From assembly GCF_004010195.1 (NCBI RefSeq), contig NC_057746.1, positions 27,811,393-27,875,392 of the forward strand: 64,000 bases of DNA, given 5' to 3'. Positions 1 to 12,587 of this stretch are shown piece after piece (positions within the stretch are counted from its first letter, which is position 1; the number at the start of each line of letters is the position of its first letter). The stretch is from Chiloscyllium plagiosum. Its lineage: Eukaryota. Position numbers and translations under genes: made by a program. Under the pieces are notes generated by a model. The model was not told the origin of the DNA. It searched no databases and worked only from the letters and a program-made list of their open reading frames with translations.

Positions 1-360
1 CCAGGAAGTGTGGAATCTCATTGAAATATAAAATTTAGTGAAGGGCCTTGATGGAGTGGATGTGGTGAAGCTGTTTCCATTAGTAGGAGACCCAATGGCA
101 TAGCCTCAGAATGAAGGGATAACTTTTAGAACTGAGGTGAGCAGGAATTTCTTCACCCAGAGAATGGTGATACTGTGGAACTCATTGCCACAGAAGGCTG
201 TGGAGGTCAAGTCACTGACTGACAGAGAAAAATAGGCTTTTGATTAGTAAATTGATCAAATGTGAGGGGGAAAAGGCAGAATGAGATTAAGAAACCTATC
301 AGCCATGTTCAAATGGCAGAGCAGAGTCAAAGGGAGGAAAGGCCTAATTCTGAACCCACA
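1..360 (+). mobile_element. Degenerate CR1 LINE 3' end
   Basis: Decayed CR1 ORF2 C-terminus (RNFFTQRMV.LWNSLPQKAVE). Confidence 0.65.
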
Positions 361-1029
361 TCATATAAGTCTATGCGTAGATGTTAGTTGCCTGGAGCAT
401 GCTACAAGAAGAATTGGTCGAAGTGGGTACATTAGAAAGTTTAAGAGGCATTTCAGCAAACACATGAACAAACAGGGAATAGTGTGATTGAAAATATGGC
501 ACAGAGGTTTGGGTCAGGCATGTGGCTTAATTTTGATTCCCTCCTCCTAACCTGATTTCGGCGAATATATTCATCATGATGGTGTTCAATATTTCATGAA
601 CATCCCTCTGATAGTGCTGCCCAATGATGCAGGTCTCCAACCTTCTGTCAAACACAGAGGTGAGTGGAACCCTGAACAGCACATGGCTATCAAAAACTTT
701 CCTGCTAGTTACAGTGCAGTGATTTCACATGATCAGACCTATTTCCAAATCTGACTCAATTGCTGATGAATTTGGACTAAATGCTTTACTCCACATTAAA
801 CACTGAAATGATGCAACTAATTCCAATTTCCACCCTCTCCCACTTCTACTTGTAAATGAGGATGATGATGCCTTTCCTCATAGATTGTGAATGTTGCCAG
901 CAAGATGCAAACTGCCAGACAGTTCCAGAAGGTCCAAGCTGATCAAGTGCCACAAATTTGAATACAACTGGGTTGGAGAGCTGTCACTTTCAGGAATTTT
1001 ATGTTTCTTTAAGATTGTGCCGATGCTGT

Positions 1030-4000
1030 TCCTTCAACAAGTTTTTGTTGTCCTTGTTTTCTTTCCAGAGAATTTGCAAAAGACACAAACATGTTGTAGA
1101 ATTCTATGTTGTAGAACTTTTGGGCCAATGTGATTTTTGCCATCAGAGACTGCCTCAGGCAAAAGGCTTTTCATTTTTAAAAAAACAAAACATTTATACA
1201 ACAAAAGGGGAGTGGCCAGTTCTTCCAGCTCAGTGTTTCTCTGGTTTGGTTTGGTTTTAGCACAGTAGAGTTGAAAAAGCTGCTGGACTCCAAAGAAGGA
1301 GGTCCAGGCTGACTGCTCTTTCTCTCTGGCTTCTTTCTTGTAAGACCCTGTCTTTGATTTTACGTTTTGTACCAAGGGGTGTTAATGCGGATTGTTGCAA
1401 ATATTTGGAACAGCATCACTATGTTAGGATAGTCCATTGGGTTTTCAGAGAGGTTAAGTATTCTGTATTCTGTTCTCTATTATTTGTGTTTCACAGAGTC
1501 ATAGAGATGTACAGCATGGAAACAGACCCTTTGTTCCATGCTGACTAGATATCCCAACCCAATCTAGTCCCACCTGCCAGCACCCGGCCCATATCCCTCC
1601 AAACCCTTCCTATTCATATACCCATCCAAATGCCTTTTAAATGTTGCAATTGTGCCAGCATCCACCACTTCCTTTAGCAACTCACTCCATACAAGTACCA
1701 CACTCTGGGTGAAAACGTTGCCCCTTAGGAATATTTTATATCTTTCCCCTCTCACCGAAACCTAGGCCTTCTAATTCTGGACTCCCCCACCCCTGGGAAA
1801 AGTCTTTGTCCATTCATAATTTTGTAAACCTCTATAAGGTCACCCCGCAGCCTCCAGGGAAAACAGCCCAACCCAATTCAAACTCTCCGTACAGCTCAAA
1901 TCCTCCAACCCTGGCAACATCCTTGTAAATCTTTTTTGAACCCTTTCAAGTTTCACAACATCTTTCTGATAGGAAGGTGACCAGAATTGCACGCAATATT
2001 CCAACAGTGGCCTAACCAATGTAGTGTACAGTTGCAGCATGACCTCCCAGCTTCTGTACTCAATAAAGGAAAGCATACCAAATGCATTTTTCACTATCCT
2101 ATCTACCTGCGATTCCACTTTCAAGGAGCTATGAACCTGCATTCCATGTCTCTTTGTTCAGCAGCACTCCCTCGGACCTTACCATTAAGTCTATAAGTCC
2201 TGTTAAGATTTGCTTTCCCAAAATGCAGCATCTCGCATTTATCTGAATTAAACTCCATCTGCCACTTCTCAGCCCATTGGCCCATCTGGTCAAGATCCTA
2301 TTGTAATCTGACATAACCTTCTTCGATCTCCACTACACCTCCAATTTTGGTGGCATCTACAAACCGACTATGTCTCTTATGCTTGCATCCAAATCATTTA
2401 TGTAAATGACAAAAAGTAGAAGACACAGCACCAATCCTTGTGGCACTCCACAGGTCACAGGCCTGCAGTCTAAAAAACAACCCTCCACCACCACCCACTG
2501 TCTTCTACCTTTGAGCTAGTTCTATATCCAAATGGCTAGTTCTCATGTATTCTGTGAGATCTAACCTTGTTACCCAGTCTCCCATGGGGAACCTTGCTGA
2601 ACGCCTTACTGAAGTTCACATAGATCACATCTACCACTCTGCCCTCATCAATCCTCTTTGATACTTCTTCAAAACACTCAATCAAGTTTATGAAGCATGA
2701 TTTCCCATGCACACAGCCATGTTGACTGTCCCTAATCAGTCCTTGCCTTTCCAGGTACATGTACATCTTGTCCCTCAGGTTTCCCTCCAACAACTTGCCC
2801 ACCACCGACATCAGGCTCGTTCATCTATAGTTCCCTGGCTTGTCCTTACCACCCATCTAAAACAGTGGCACCATGTTAGCCAACCTCCAGTCTTCCGTCA
2901 CCTCACCTGTGATGATCAATGATATAAATATCTCAGCAAAAGGCCCAGCAATCACCTCCCTAGCTTCCAACAGAGCTCTAGGGTGCACCTGATCAGGTTC
3001 TGGGGACTTATCCACTTTTATGTGTGTCAAAGCATCCAGCACCTCCTCCTCTGTATTATGGATATTTTTCAAGATGTCACCATCTATTTCCCTACATTCT
3101 ATATCTTCCAGGTCCTTTTCCACAGTAATTACTGATACAAAATATTCGTTTAGTATCTCCCTCATTTTCTGCGACTCCACGCAAAGGCCACCTTGTTGAT
3201 TTTTGAGGGGCTCTATTCTCTCCCTAGTTACCCTTTGGTCCTTAACGTATTTGTAAAAACTCTTTGCATTCTCCTTAATTCTATTTACCAAAGCTATCTC
3301 ATGTCCCCTTTTTGCCTTCCTGATTTCCCTCGTAAGTATACTACTACTGTCTTTATATTCTTCTAAGGATTCACTTGATCTATCCTGTCTATACCTGACA
3401 TATGTTTCCTTCTTTGTCTTAACCAAACCCTCAATTTCTTTGGCCATCCAGCATTCCCTATACCGACCAGACTTTCTTTCCTCCCTAACAGGAACATACT
3501 TGCTCTGGATTCTCGTTATCTCATTTCTAAAGTCTTCCCATTTTCCAGCCGTCCCTTTCGCTGCGAATATCTGTCCCCTATCAGCTTTTGAAAGTTCTTG
3601 CCTAATACCGTCAACACTGGCCTTTCTCCAATGTCGAACTTCAATTTTTAGATCTGGTCTATCCTTTTCTATCATTTTTAAAAATCTAATAGAATTATGG
3701 TCGCTGGCCCCAAAGTACTCCCCCACTGACACCTCAGTCACCTCAGCCATGCCTTATTTCTCAAGAGTAAGTCAAGTTTTGCACCTTCTCTAGTAGGTAC
3801 ATCCACATACTGAATCAGAAAATTGACTTGTATGCATTTAACAAATTCCTCTCGATCTAAACCCTTAACACTATGGCAGTCCTAGTCGATGTTTGGAAAG
3901 TTAAAATCTCCTACCACAACCACCTTATTATTCTTACAGATAGCTGGGATCTCCTTACAAATTTATTTCTCAATTTCCCTCTGACTATTTGGGGGTCTAT

Positions 4001-4706
4001 AATAATAAACCAATAAGGTGATCTTCCCTTTCTTATTTCTCAGTTCCACCCAAATAACTTCCCTAGATGTATTTCCGGGAATATCCTCCCTAAGCACAAC
4101 TGTATTGCTATCCCTTATCAAAAATGCCACTCCCCCTTCTCTCTTGCCTTCCTTTCTGTCCGTCCTGTAGCATTTTTATCCTGGAACATTAAGCTGCCAG
4201 TCCTGTCCATCCCTGAGCCATGTTTCTGTACTTGCTATGATATCCCAGTCCCATGTTACTAGCCATGCCTTGAGTTCATCTGTCTTCCCTGTTAGGCCCC
4301 ATTGCATTGAAATAAATGCAGTTTAATTTATTAGTCCTGCCTTGTCCCTGCCTGTCCTGACTGTTTGACTCGTGTCTGTTCTCAATTGTACCGGTCTCAG
4401 ATTGATCTCTTCCTCACTATCTCCCGAGGTCCCACCTCCCCCTTACTAGTTTAAATCCTCCTGAGCAGCTCTAGCAAATCTCCGTGCCAGTATATTAGTC
4501 CCTTTCCAATTTAGGTGCAATCCATCCTTCTTGTACAGGTCACTTCAAACCAAAAGAAATTCATGTGGTAATCTTTTAAATAAATTCTGTTAAGCTTAAA
4601 ACTAAGTGCTTGACTAGCTGCATCACTCCTGGGACTTCTGCATTGCACGTGCTTACAACAACACGCAAATTTAGGGTCTGGGCTACTTTCTTGAAGGGGT
4701 CTGGCA
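1030..4706 (+). mobile_element. LTR-like repeat split by the CR1 insertion (halves about 1030-1495 and 4556-4706)
   Basis: The left half resembles 47540-47790 (ACTGCCTCAGGCA..AAGGCTTT...GGCCAGTTCT.CCAGC); the right half has an AATAAA signal. Boundaries approximate. Confidence 0.45.
1496..4555 (-). mobile_element. CR1 LINE, long degenerate copy (endonuclease + reverse transcriptase)
   Basis: ORF fragments 2857-3750 (SDHN, DKSPEPD, DWRLANMVPLF), 2536-2811 (QHG, FSKAF.KVPH), 1840-2142 and 1564-1755; CTATGACT-type tail at 1496. Confidence 0.93.
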
Positions 4707-5090
4707 GATTTTGTCAGATTATCCAGTGTTAATGATTTACTCTGAATTTCCCATACACTCTTATCCAAAACCTCAGTGACAGAAGGCCAGTATGATGAGG
4801 AAGCTGTGCTGTCTTCGGGCTTCATATCATTCAATCCAACATAAAAGGATTCTTAATGTCAGTATCCAATTATGTTCCTGATCTGTCTTATACCTTCAGA
4901 CTGCTAATCAGAGGTATGTCTCTCTCTCTCTGTCCCTGAATCTTTTGGAAGAAATGTGACCACATCTCATCCTGTTCCATGGAGCAGAGTCTGGATGAAG
5001 AGGTGATCTTGGATGCTTTCATGGTGTAGGCTGCTGAGTCCATCTTGTCAAGATACTCCTTGACACTGGCTTTGATTAACTGCAGCAGAA
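4707..5090 (-). mobile_element. L1/Tx1-like LINE ORF2 fragment
   Basis: ASKITSSSRLCSMEQDEMWSHFFQK and KPEDSTAS...VTEVLD...LTLDNLTKS resemble the Tx1 linker between EN and RT. Confidence 0.55.
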
Positions 5091-5685
5091 GCAGATACAA
5101 GATGATTTTCTGGAGTCGAGACATTTCATACCACCTCTCTTGCCTTCCGGAAACATTTAAGGATCAATAACTTTTTAATATTCATTCGACTGCTTCCTAT
5201 CTTCTTTCCATTTTCCCAACCTTTGAGTTCCTCAACATTGAGTTCTTTAATTTTGTTTAGTGTCTGAATTGACAGTGTTGTCAAAGGTAGGGAGTGCTCA
5301 GCAGGGTTTGATCAATAGGGTCACTAAAAATATCAGCCTCATTATACCCAAACTGTATTCTGACCATCTATTCTGAAAGTTCATGAATATCAAAGTTCAG
5401 TGACGTTCAATGTATAATCTATGACCACGTTCAACCTATGGATGCTTATTTCCCTACTATTTGGAGATGTATACACTTTAATGTGATCACCACAATCCCT
5501 TGTTTATCCAGTATTGACACAGATTGCCTTTTCTATGAAATAAGTTGCCTAATTCGCAATATATTAGACATCCGTTAACATTGGGTCTGATACCTTTTTA
5601 TCTTCCAGATAACTATTAGGATTATGTCATCCAAATATTACTCCAGATGAAGCTAATCATCTCTGAAGTAGAAATTTTGTTTCTC

Positions 5686-5960
5686 TAGTCATAGAGTCAT
5701 AGAGATGTACAGTATGGAAACAGATCCTTTGGTCCAACTCATCCACGCCTACCAGGTGACCTAAAGTAATCTAGTCCCATTTGGCCTCTATCCCTCAAAA
5801 CCCTTCTTATTCATATATCCATCCAGATGCCTTTTAAATGTTGCAATTGTATCAACCTCCACCATTTCTTTGGGAGCTCATTCCATATACGCACCAGTCT
5901 CTGCCTAAAAAAGTTTCCCCTTAGGTTCGTTTTAAATCTTTCCCCTCTCACCTCTATCCC
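5686..5960 (-). mobile_element. CR1 LINE 3' end
   Basis: (AGTCATAG)n tail; near-identical to 1496-1760. Confidence 0.8.
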
Positions 5961-6065
5961 TATTGTTAGACAAATGTCTTCACTGATTTGACAGCAAGTG
6001 CTGATTGCTTCAGCCAGTTACTGAGATATATGCACTGGATAATACAAAAAGAAAGTCCTCCTGAG

Positions 6066-6357
6066 TGGCACGGTGGCACAATGGTTAGCACTGCTGCCTC
6101 ACAGCGCTAGAGACCCGGGTTCAATTCCTGCCTCAGGCGACTGACTGTGTGGAGTCTGCACGTTCTCCCTGTGTCTGCGTGGGTTTGCTCCGGTTTCCTC
6201 CCACAGTCCAAAGATGTGCAGGGTCAGGTGAATTGGCCATGCTAAATTGCCTGTAGTGTTAGCTAAGGGGTAAATGTAGGAGTATGGGTGGGTTTCGCGT
6301 CGGTGTGGACTTGTTGGGCCGAAGGGCCTGTTTCCACGCTGTAATATAATCTAATCT
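6066..6357 (+). mobile_element. tRNA-derived SINE (HE1-like)
   Basis: A box TGGCACAATGG, B box GGTTCAATTCC, CR1-like 3' end and (AATCT)n tail. Confidence 0.85.
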
Positions 6358-7220
6358 GAGATTAGCTACAATAAACTGGGGCCTTGGAGTTCATTTAGTC
6401 CCCACACAACTTGATTTATCATCAGGAAAATTAATGTGAGTTTTACCTGGGTAAATGGCATTTAGGATTTCTCTCCACGCTGTATACTGTAAAGGACCTT
6501 TGAAATTTCCTATAGCCAGGCCAAACTCTGCTACTGACAGTTATTCAGATGGATCACTAATCCTGCAATTATTAAAATTATTATTAAACAAACTCCACTT
6601 TGTCAGAGTATTCAAAAGTGATTTAAATGATCAAGCTTTAAGTACTTTTTGTGTTTCAGCAAATGTGGTTCAAAATGAAACATTAATCTTGGTTTTATAA
6701 CAGAGTAAGGGTAACTTTAATAATGAAAGGACATGGATTTAGGAGCATGCAGGTTAAGAAAAAGAGGTTTTAACCTGACAGTAGATTACATTCTAATACA
6801 TCACTCACTTGAGCTTGTGGAACCGAAAATATCTAATAACCTCATATCCAACTGGTCAATCTGTGAGTTCCACAACCCTCCAACAGTTCTGAAGAAGGCT
6901 TGCTGAACCCAAAATGTTAACTTTGCTTCCTGTCCATAGATGCTCCCAGACCTGCTGAGATTCTCCAGCAATTTCTGTTTTTGACTTTGAGAATTCTGCT
7001 GTTCTACTTCGGGTCTCATGAACATCTCCCCCACTGGAGATTGGACCTTCAGCTGAAGAGGCCTTCAGCTCTGGAATTCCCTACCTAAACCTGTTTCCAT
7101 TTTGATCATTACTAAAAGAAACTGTTACTGTTTCAACACTGCAATAAATTATGAAAAAATGCTTGAGTTTGAACCAAAACTGAATTATTGTCACTTTACA
7201 CACTTTAAAGCAGTAGATTC

Positions 7221-7430
7221 GGAGATGCCGGTGTTGGACTGGGGTGTACAAAGTTAAAAATCACACAACACCAGGTTATAGTCCAACAGGTTTAATTGGA
7301 AGCACACTAGCTTTTGGAGCGACGCTCCTTCATCAGGTGATTGTGTCCTGATGAAGGAGCGTCGCTCCGAAAGCTGGTGTGCTTCCAATTAAACCTGTTG
7401 GACTATAACATGGTGTTGTGCGTTTTTTAA
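7221..7430. mobile_element. Penelope-type terminal repeat in inverted (hairpin) arrangement with hammerhead cores
   Basis: Arms about 7254-7337 and 7347-7430; CTGATGA-A-GGAGC-GTC-GCTCC-GAAA at 7348-7372. Confidence 0.75.
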
Positions 7431-7434
7431 AGTA

Positions 7435-8735
7435 ATAGAGTCATTGTGTCATACAGCACAGAAACAGAACCTGCAGTCCATGCTCATTGTGTTCCTAAAC
7501 TAAACCAGGCCAACCTGCCTGTTTTTGGCCCATATCCCTCCAAACTTTTCCTACTAACCTATCTATCGGAATGTCTTTTAAGCATTGTAACTATACTCGT
7601 ATCCACTCTTGCCCAGCAAGTTCATTCCACTAATGAACCACACTCTGCATAAAATGTTGGCCTCATATCCATTTTAAATCTTTCTCCTGTCACCTTAAAA
7701 ATATGCCCACTAGTTTGAAATCCCCTTCCCTAGGGAAAAGACCATTATTATTCACCTTATCTATGCCCCTCATGATCTTATAAACCTTTATAAGGTCACC
7801 CTTCCTATGCTTCAGTGAAAGAAGTCCCAGCCTATCCAACCTGTTTTTATAACTCAAGCCCCCCACTCCCAGCAACACCTGGTAAATCTTTTCTGATCCC
7901 TCTCTCATTTAATAATATCCTTCCAATAACAGGACATTCAGAAATGGACACTGTACTCCAGAAGAAGCCTCACTAAGAGGACTCCTGTATAACTTCAACT
8001 TGATGTCCCAACTCCTATACCACTAACTGTCTCCATTCACAGCTATTCACTCTCCTAGCCAGATTGTTGTCCACTCCTTTGTCTATCCAATTCTTCCTCT
8101 CTCTCTTTGGGCACTATCCCCACCTATCATTTGCTCTTTACCCCCTCCCTCAAGCCTATCTTCTGCAAATAAACCAACATTTTCCTAGCTACCATCAGTT
8201 CTGAGGAAGGGTGTCTGGAACCAAACGTTAACTCTGATTTCTCTTCACAGATGCTGCCAGACCTGCTGAGCTTTTCCAACAACTTCTGTTTTGTTTCTGA
8301 TTTATAGCATTTGCAATTCTTTCAGTTTCTTTACTCCAAGTCTGAGTCACTAAACCAAGCATGTTAAGCCCCTTCTTAGCTACACTGTTTACCTGTGACA
8401 CAAATTACAAAGAATTATGTACCTGAACCCCTAGATCTCTGTTTGATAGCACTACTTAGGGCCCTACCATTAATTGTAGAAATTTGCTTTGACAAAGGGT
8501 CAGTTAGATTTGAAACGTCAGCTCTTTTCTCTCCTTGCAGATGCTGCCAGACCTGCTGAGATTTTCCAGCATTTTCTCTTTTGGTCATTAACTGTAGAAG
8601 TCTGCCCCTAGTTGTATTACCAAAATGCAATGCCCCACCTTTGTACAAATTAAACTCCATCTGGTACTCCTCAGCCCATTGACCCAATTGATCAAGATCT
8701 CTTTGTAATCTTAGGTAACCTTCTCCACTATGCAC
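7435..8735 (-). mobile_element. CR1 LINE fragments interrupted by Penelope-type repeats (about 8020-8330 and 8485-8585)
   Basis: ORFs 7690-7908 and 8415-8735 (LQRDLDQLGQWAEEYQMEFN). Confidence 0.7.
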
Positions 8736-8789
8736 AAATTACAAGTCATTGAGTTATTTTGCAAACTGTGCTATCTTGGGAAAGCAACC

Positions 8790-9115
8790 AACATATTCAA
8801 AGACTCCTCTCACCCAAATATACTCACTTCCACCCTCTTCCGTCAGGCACAAGATGTAAAAATTTGAACAGATCTACGAACAGATTCAAGAATAGCTTTT
8901 TCCCAGCTATTATCAGACTTTTCAACAGAATTCTCAAATATTAATGTTGATCTCTCTCTCTCTCTGCACCTTCTCTGTAACTGTAATAATCTTTCTTGCA
9001 CTGTGGTGTATTACCTTGATGCACTTTGTATGGTGTGATCTGCCTGTATTGTACACAAGCATTTCACTTTATCTCGGTACATGTGACAATAATAAATCAA
9101 AAATGAAATCAAATA
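8790..9115 (+). mobile_element. Rex1/Babar-like LINE 3' end
   Basis: FHPLPSGTRCKNL..STNRFKNSFFPAIIRL followed by AATAAA and an (AAATC)n tail. Confidence 0.65.
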
Positions 9116-11155
9116 AAATGAGTGTCCAACATTCTCTTCTGACAAGCTGCCTTCTGAAAGAAATGAACCACAAACGGTAAGGATGACAGTAATAGATTTC
9201 AGGAGGAGACAGACAGGCTGTTGAAATGAGCAGACACAACATGGAAGTGGAAAGTGATCCATTTTGGAAGGAAGATTGAGCAGAGGGTAAAATAAACTGG
9301 AACTGACCATCAGTCCTGCTCACAGACACAGTGACTCTCACACTCCCACTGTACCAGACTCACACACTCTCCACATGGGACTGGAACTGAATTACAATGG
9401 GAGTTCCACTAGATAATTAAACTTGAGGAACACAGAGAAAGGTACTTGGCAAATATTAATATTAGAATTCATGCTCTGGAGCTGGCCAGCATTTCCAAAA
9501 TTCTGCAGTGTGCAAGCAATGAGTTCAGTGACAAGAGCAAAACGGTCCAATATACCACAATTTCAGATGAATTCAGATCATAGGTCTTGTCAGTTGGTGC
9601 GATGTTAAGAGTTATCGCCAATGATTTAAAATTTGTGTGCAAATTGACTGAACTGACCACCAATATATTTCCTCACCTTCAGAAATATCAGTTTGTCTTT
9701 TTGCTCCAACTGTTGCTGTAACTTTGAGAGTTTCTCCTCAATAGAATTTAAATTCTCCCGAATGTCTCGAAGGTTTTTCTCCATTGATTTCACAATCCTC
9801 TCCTCTTCTTCCCTGAGATCTCTGAGTAAACGCTACTCTTTCTCCGTGAGAATCTGGTGCATTTTAGTGAACTCGGATGTGGTGTGGATCTGCAGGCTGC
9901 TCGCCTGTTCCTACCAAATGAAATGTGAAACCTCATTAATGTCCCACGGTAAAGGGAACAAAACTAACTGAGACCCCAGAAAATCAGCACAGGGAGAGCT
10001 CACCCTCACTTCGGAAATCTTCCGTTTCTGGGTCAGCTCCATTTCCAAAACCATAATTTTTTTCTCTGCGAGAGAATCTAAGGAAGATTTTATCTTATCC
10101 TAAAATTGACAAAATATTATATAACTGAAGTGTTCAACTGTGAAAATGTGATAAATCTTTTAACGTGTAAAGTATTTCCCTTTACCTTGTAGATTTTAAT
10201 AGCTTTTCCAGTCGGGATGAAGCGACGCTCTCTGTGTTCTGGAGCTTCGACACAATTTGAGCAGATCAATTTCCTGTCAGTTTCACAAAACAGTTTCAGA
10301 TCTTCCTGATGTACCTCACAGTGAGGTTTACTTTCCTTCTCTTTCGGATCCAGCTTAAAATTTTGAGCCTCCTCGGCCAGATTCGCTAAGGCCCGATTTA
10401 CCCTGAGGGTTCTTTCTGGAAACTCTTCTCGAATTTCCGGGCAGGAACTTATCTCCTTGTCTTCTGGGTGATACAGGAACAGCAGAAGTTGTGTCCACAA
10501 TCCAGTGCAACCAGATCGGTGAAGAACTCCAGACAAATGGAGCAAATTGTCTCCTCCGTCAGCCTCTGGAGCTGCTGTTTGGAAGCCATGCTAAATCTCA
10601 GCACTTCCTGGTTCAAGCTCTGGGCAGCATCCCAGGAGGGACGAGACCAGATCACCATTGGGATGGCATATTATTCTGGAGAGGAAGAGTAGTTATCCCA
10701 GGCAAATGCTGCAGCCAGTTTTTGGCTCAATTCCACCAGAGTCATCCAGCGATTTCCATAATGAAAATGTTGGCGAGAAGTTATGTCTCATGGCCAAAAC
10801 TGGATGCAGACATAGCCACATTTGTGGGGCAGTGCCCTGAGTGCCAACAAGGACATAAATTACCATAATCGGTTCCATCACGTTTGCGGAAATGGTCGGT
10901 TAAGCCCTGGACTTGGTCACATGTCAATTATGCAGTCTTTTCATCGGCTCAATGTTCTTAATTCATTGTGGATATGCCAACCCAAAGTGGTTTGATGATA
11001 GCAAATCCATGAGCATCTTTTGCAATGCACAGCCTCCCAGAAATGTTGGTCACAGACACAGGCCATCATTGATCAGCAGGGAATTTGCATATTTCCTAAT
11101 GTCAAATAGCATTCAGCACATATAGTCCAATGACCTGGCAGGAAGAGGAGTCCAG

Positions 11156-11383
11156 GAGAAAGTGAGGTCTGCAGATGCTGGAGATCAAAGTTGAAACTTT
11201 ATTGCTGGAACAGCACAGCAGGTCAGGCAGCATCCAGGGAACAGGAGATTCGACGTTTCGGGCACAGGCCCTTCTTCAGGAACCTTCAGGATTCCTGAAG
11301 AAGGGCCTGTGCCCGAAACGTCGAATCTCCTGTTCCCTGGATGCTGCCTGACCTGCTGTGCTGTTCCAGCAATAAAGTTTCAA
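11156..11383. mobile_element. Penelope-type hairpin insertion with 13-bp TSD
   Basis: Perfect 92-bp arms at 11191-11282 and 11292-11383; AAGAGGAGTCCAG at 11143-11155 and 11386-11398. Confidence 0.85.
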
Positions 11384-12300
11384 GAAAGAGGAGTCCAGAC
11401 TTTGAAAGCAGATTACAGCTTGGCTCAATACCAGAAACTGTCCTGGTTTCTGTTTGATTACAGGACCACCCCTCACGCATCTACAGGTGTACCTCTAGAG
11501 CACAGTTGATAATGAGAAGACACTGCCCAATTTAAGCCAGATATTCCCAGAACTTTGAGGGGGGGGGGGGGGGGGGAGGTGGCGGGGTGTAACAGCTTCA
11601 CAAATGCCAATGCCAGTCACCAGACTCCACTAATCCAGAGAGACAGTTGCTCGAGGCAATGAAGCTTGGTGTGGAAACCATGGAAATGACCTTGCATGGT
11701 CAACATGAAGTCAGTTCTCATGATGCAAACGGTTTGGACAGTGAGTAAGGCCTGAACAAGCATGTGGACCACATGAACATTGCAAACTCACAAATAGGGC
11801 AGGAGCGAAACATATTCAGCCCCTCAGAACAGCTGTCTGTTGGAACTCCTGGATTCTTCCCTTCCATCTGGCATCAAAGAAACCTTGGAGTCTGAGATGG
11901 ACACTGTGGATGCTGCAACCTCTACACCATTACCACTTGAAGAAGAGGAACAAATTCTTCTCAGATGCTCTGGGCACAAGAGGTGGGCTACAGTCCCATA
12001 CATGCTGCCAGTATCCGAGGCAGAGTCAGAGGAACCTGACCTGGTGAAAAAATGCTCCAGGACAAGCTATAAGAAAGAAAGGATGTAGTGATTGAAACAA
12101 GGTGAGTCAGTTGGACTTCATAGAATGTGGGTTCCCCTAACTGGAGCTGTTAGCCTGGTCCAGTCAGGGAATCCTGGCTAACAGATAGAAACAGGAATGT
12201 CAGGGGATCTGTTCATTCTGGGAGCTATTCCTAATGTGATTGGATCAGCGTCAAGAACTATGTGTGTATGTAAATAAAAGGTGACCTGGTGATGGTATAC

Positions 12301-12574
12301 ACATCCCCAACCCCCATTCACCCATTGCACTCTTTGTTATCTTCCTCCACCCTCCTTTCTGACCTATCACCTCCATCCTCACCCCCATTCACCTATTGTA
12401 CCCTATGCTAATTTCTCCCCAGCCACACCCCCTCCCCCTCTCATTTATCTCTCCACTCTGCAGGCACCCTGCCTCAATTCCTGATGAAGGGCTTTTGCCC
12501 GAAACATCGATTTTCCTGCTCCTCGGATGCTGCCTGACTTGCTGTGCTTTTCCAGCACCACTCTAATCGAGACT
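12301..12574 (+). mobile_element. Penelope-type 3' fragment with hammerhead core
   Basis: CTGATGA-A-GGGC-TTTT-GCCC-GAAA at 12481-12504; TSD CTGGTGATGGTAT at 12286-12298 and 12575-12587. Confidence 0.75.
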
Positions 12575-12587
12575 CTGGTGATGGTAT

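Larger units (their letters stand above)
6447..10589 (-). pseudogene. TRIM gene B pseudogene (exons 1-5; terminal exon would lie left of the window)
   Basis: Exons 10589-10186 (404 nt, 7 nt shorter than A, giving TAA at 10449-10451 inside the RING), 10099-10004, 9910-9677 (TAG at 9833-9835), 9153-9131 and 6562-6447 (in-frame TAA). The last RING cysteine is lost (CPEI vs CPQC). Confidence 0.9.

Noticed and set aside
6066-6140. tRNA-like sequence with A and B boxes (also at 14690, 34495, 36155, 43675, 46222)
   Set aside because: These are SINE heads followed by the SINE body and tail, not tRNA genes.
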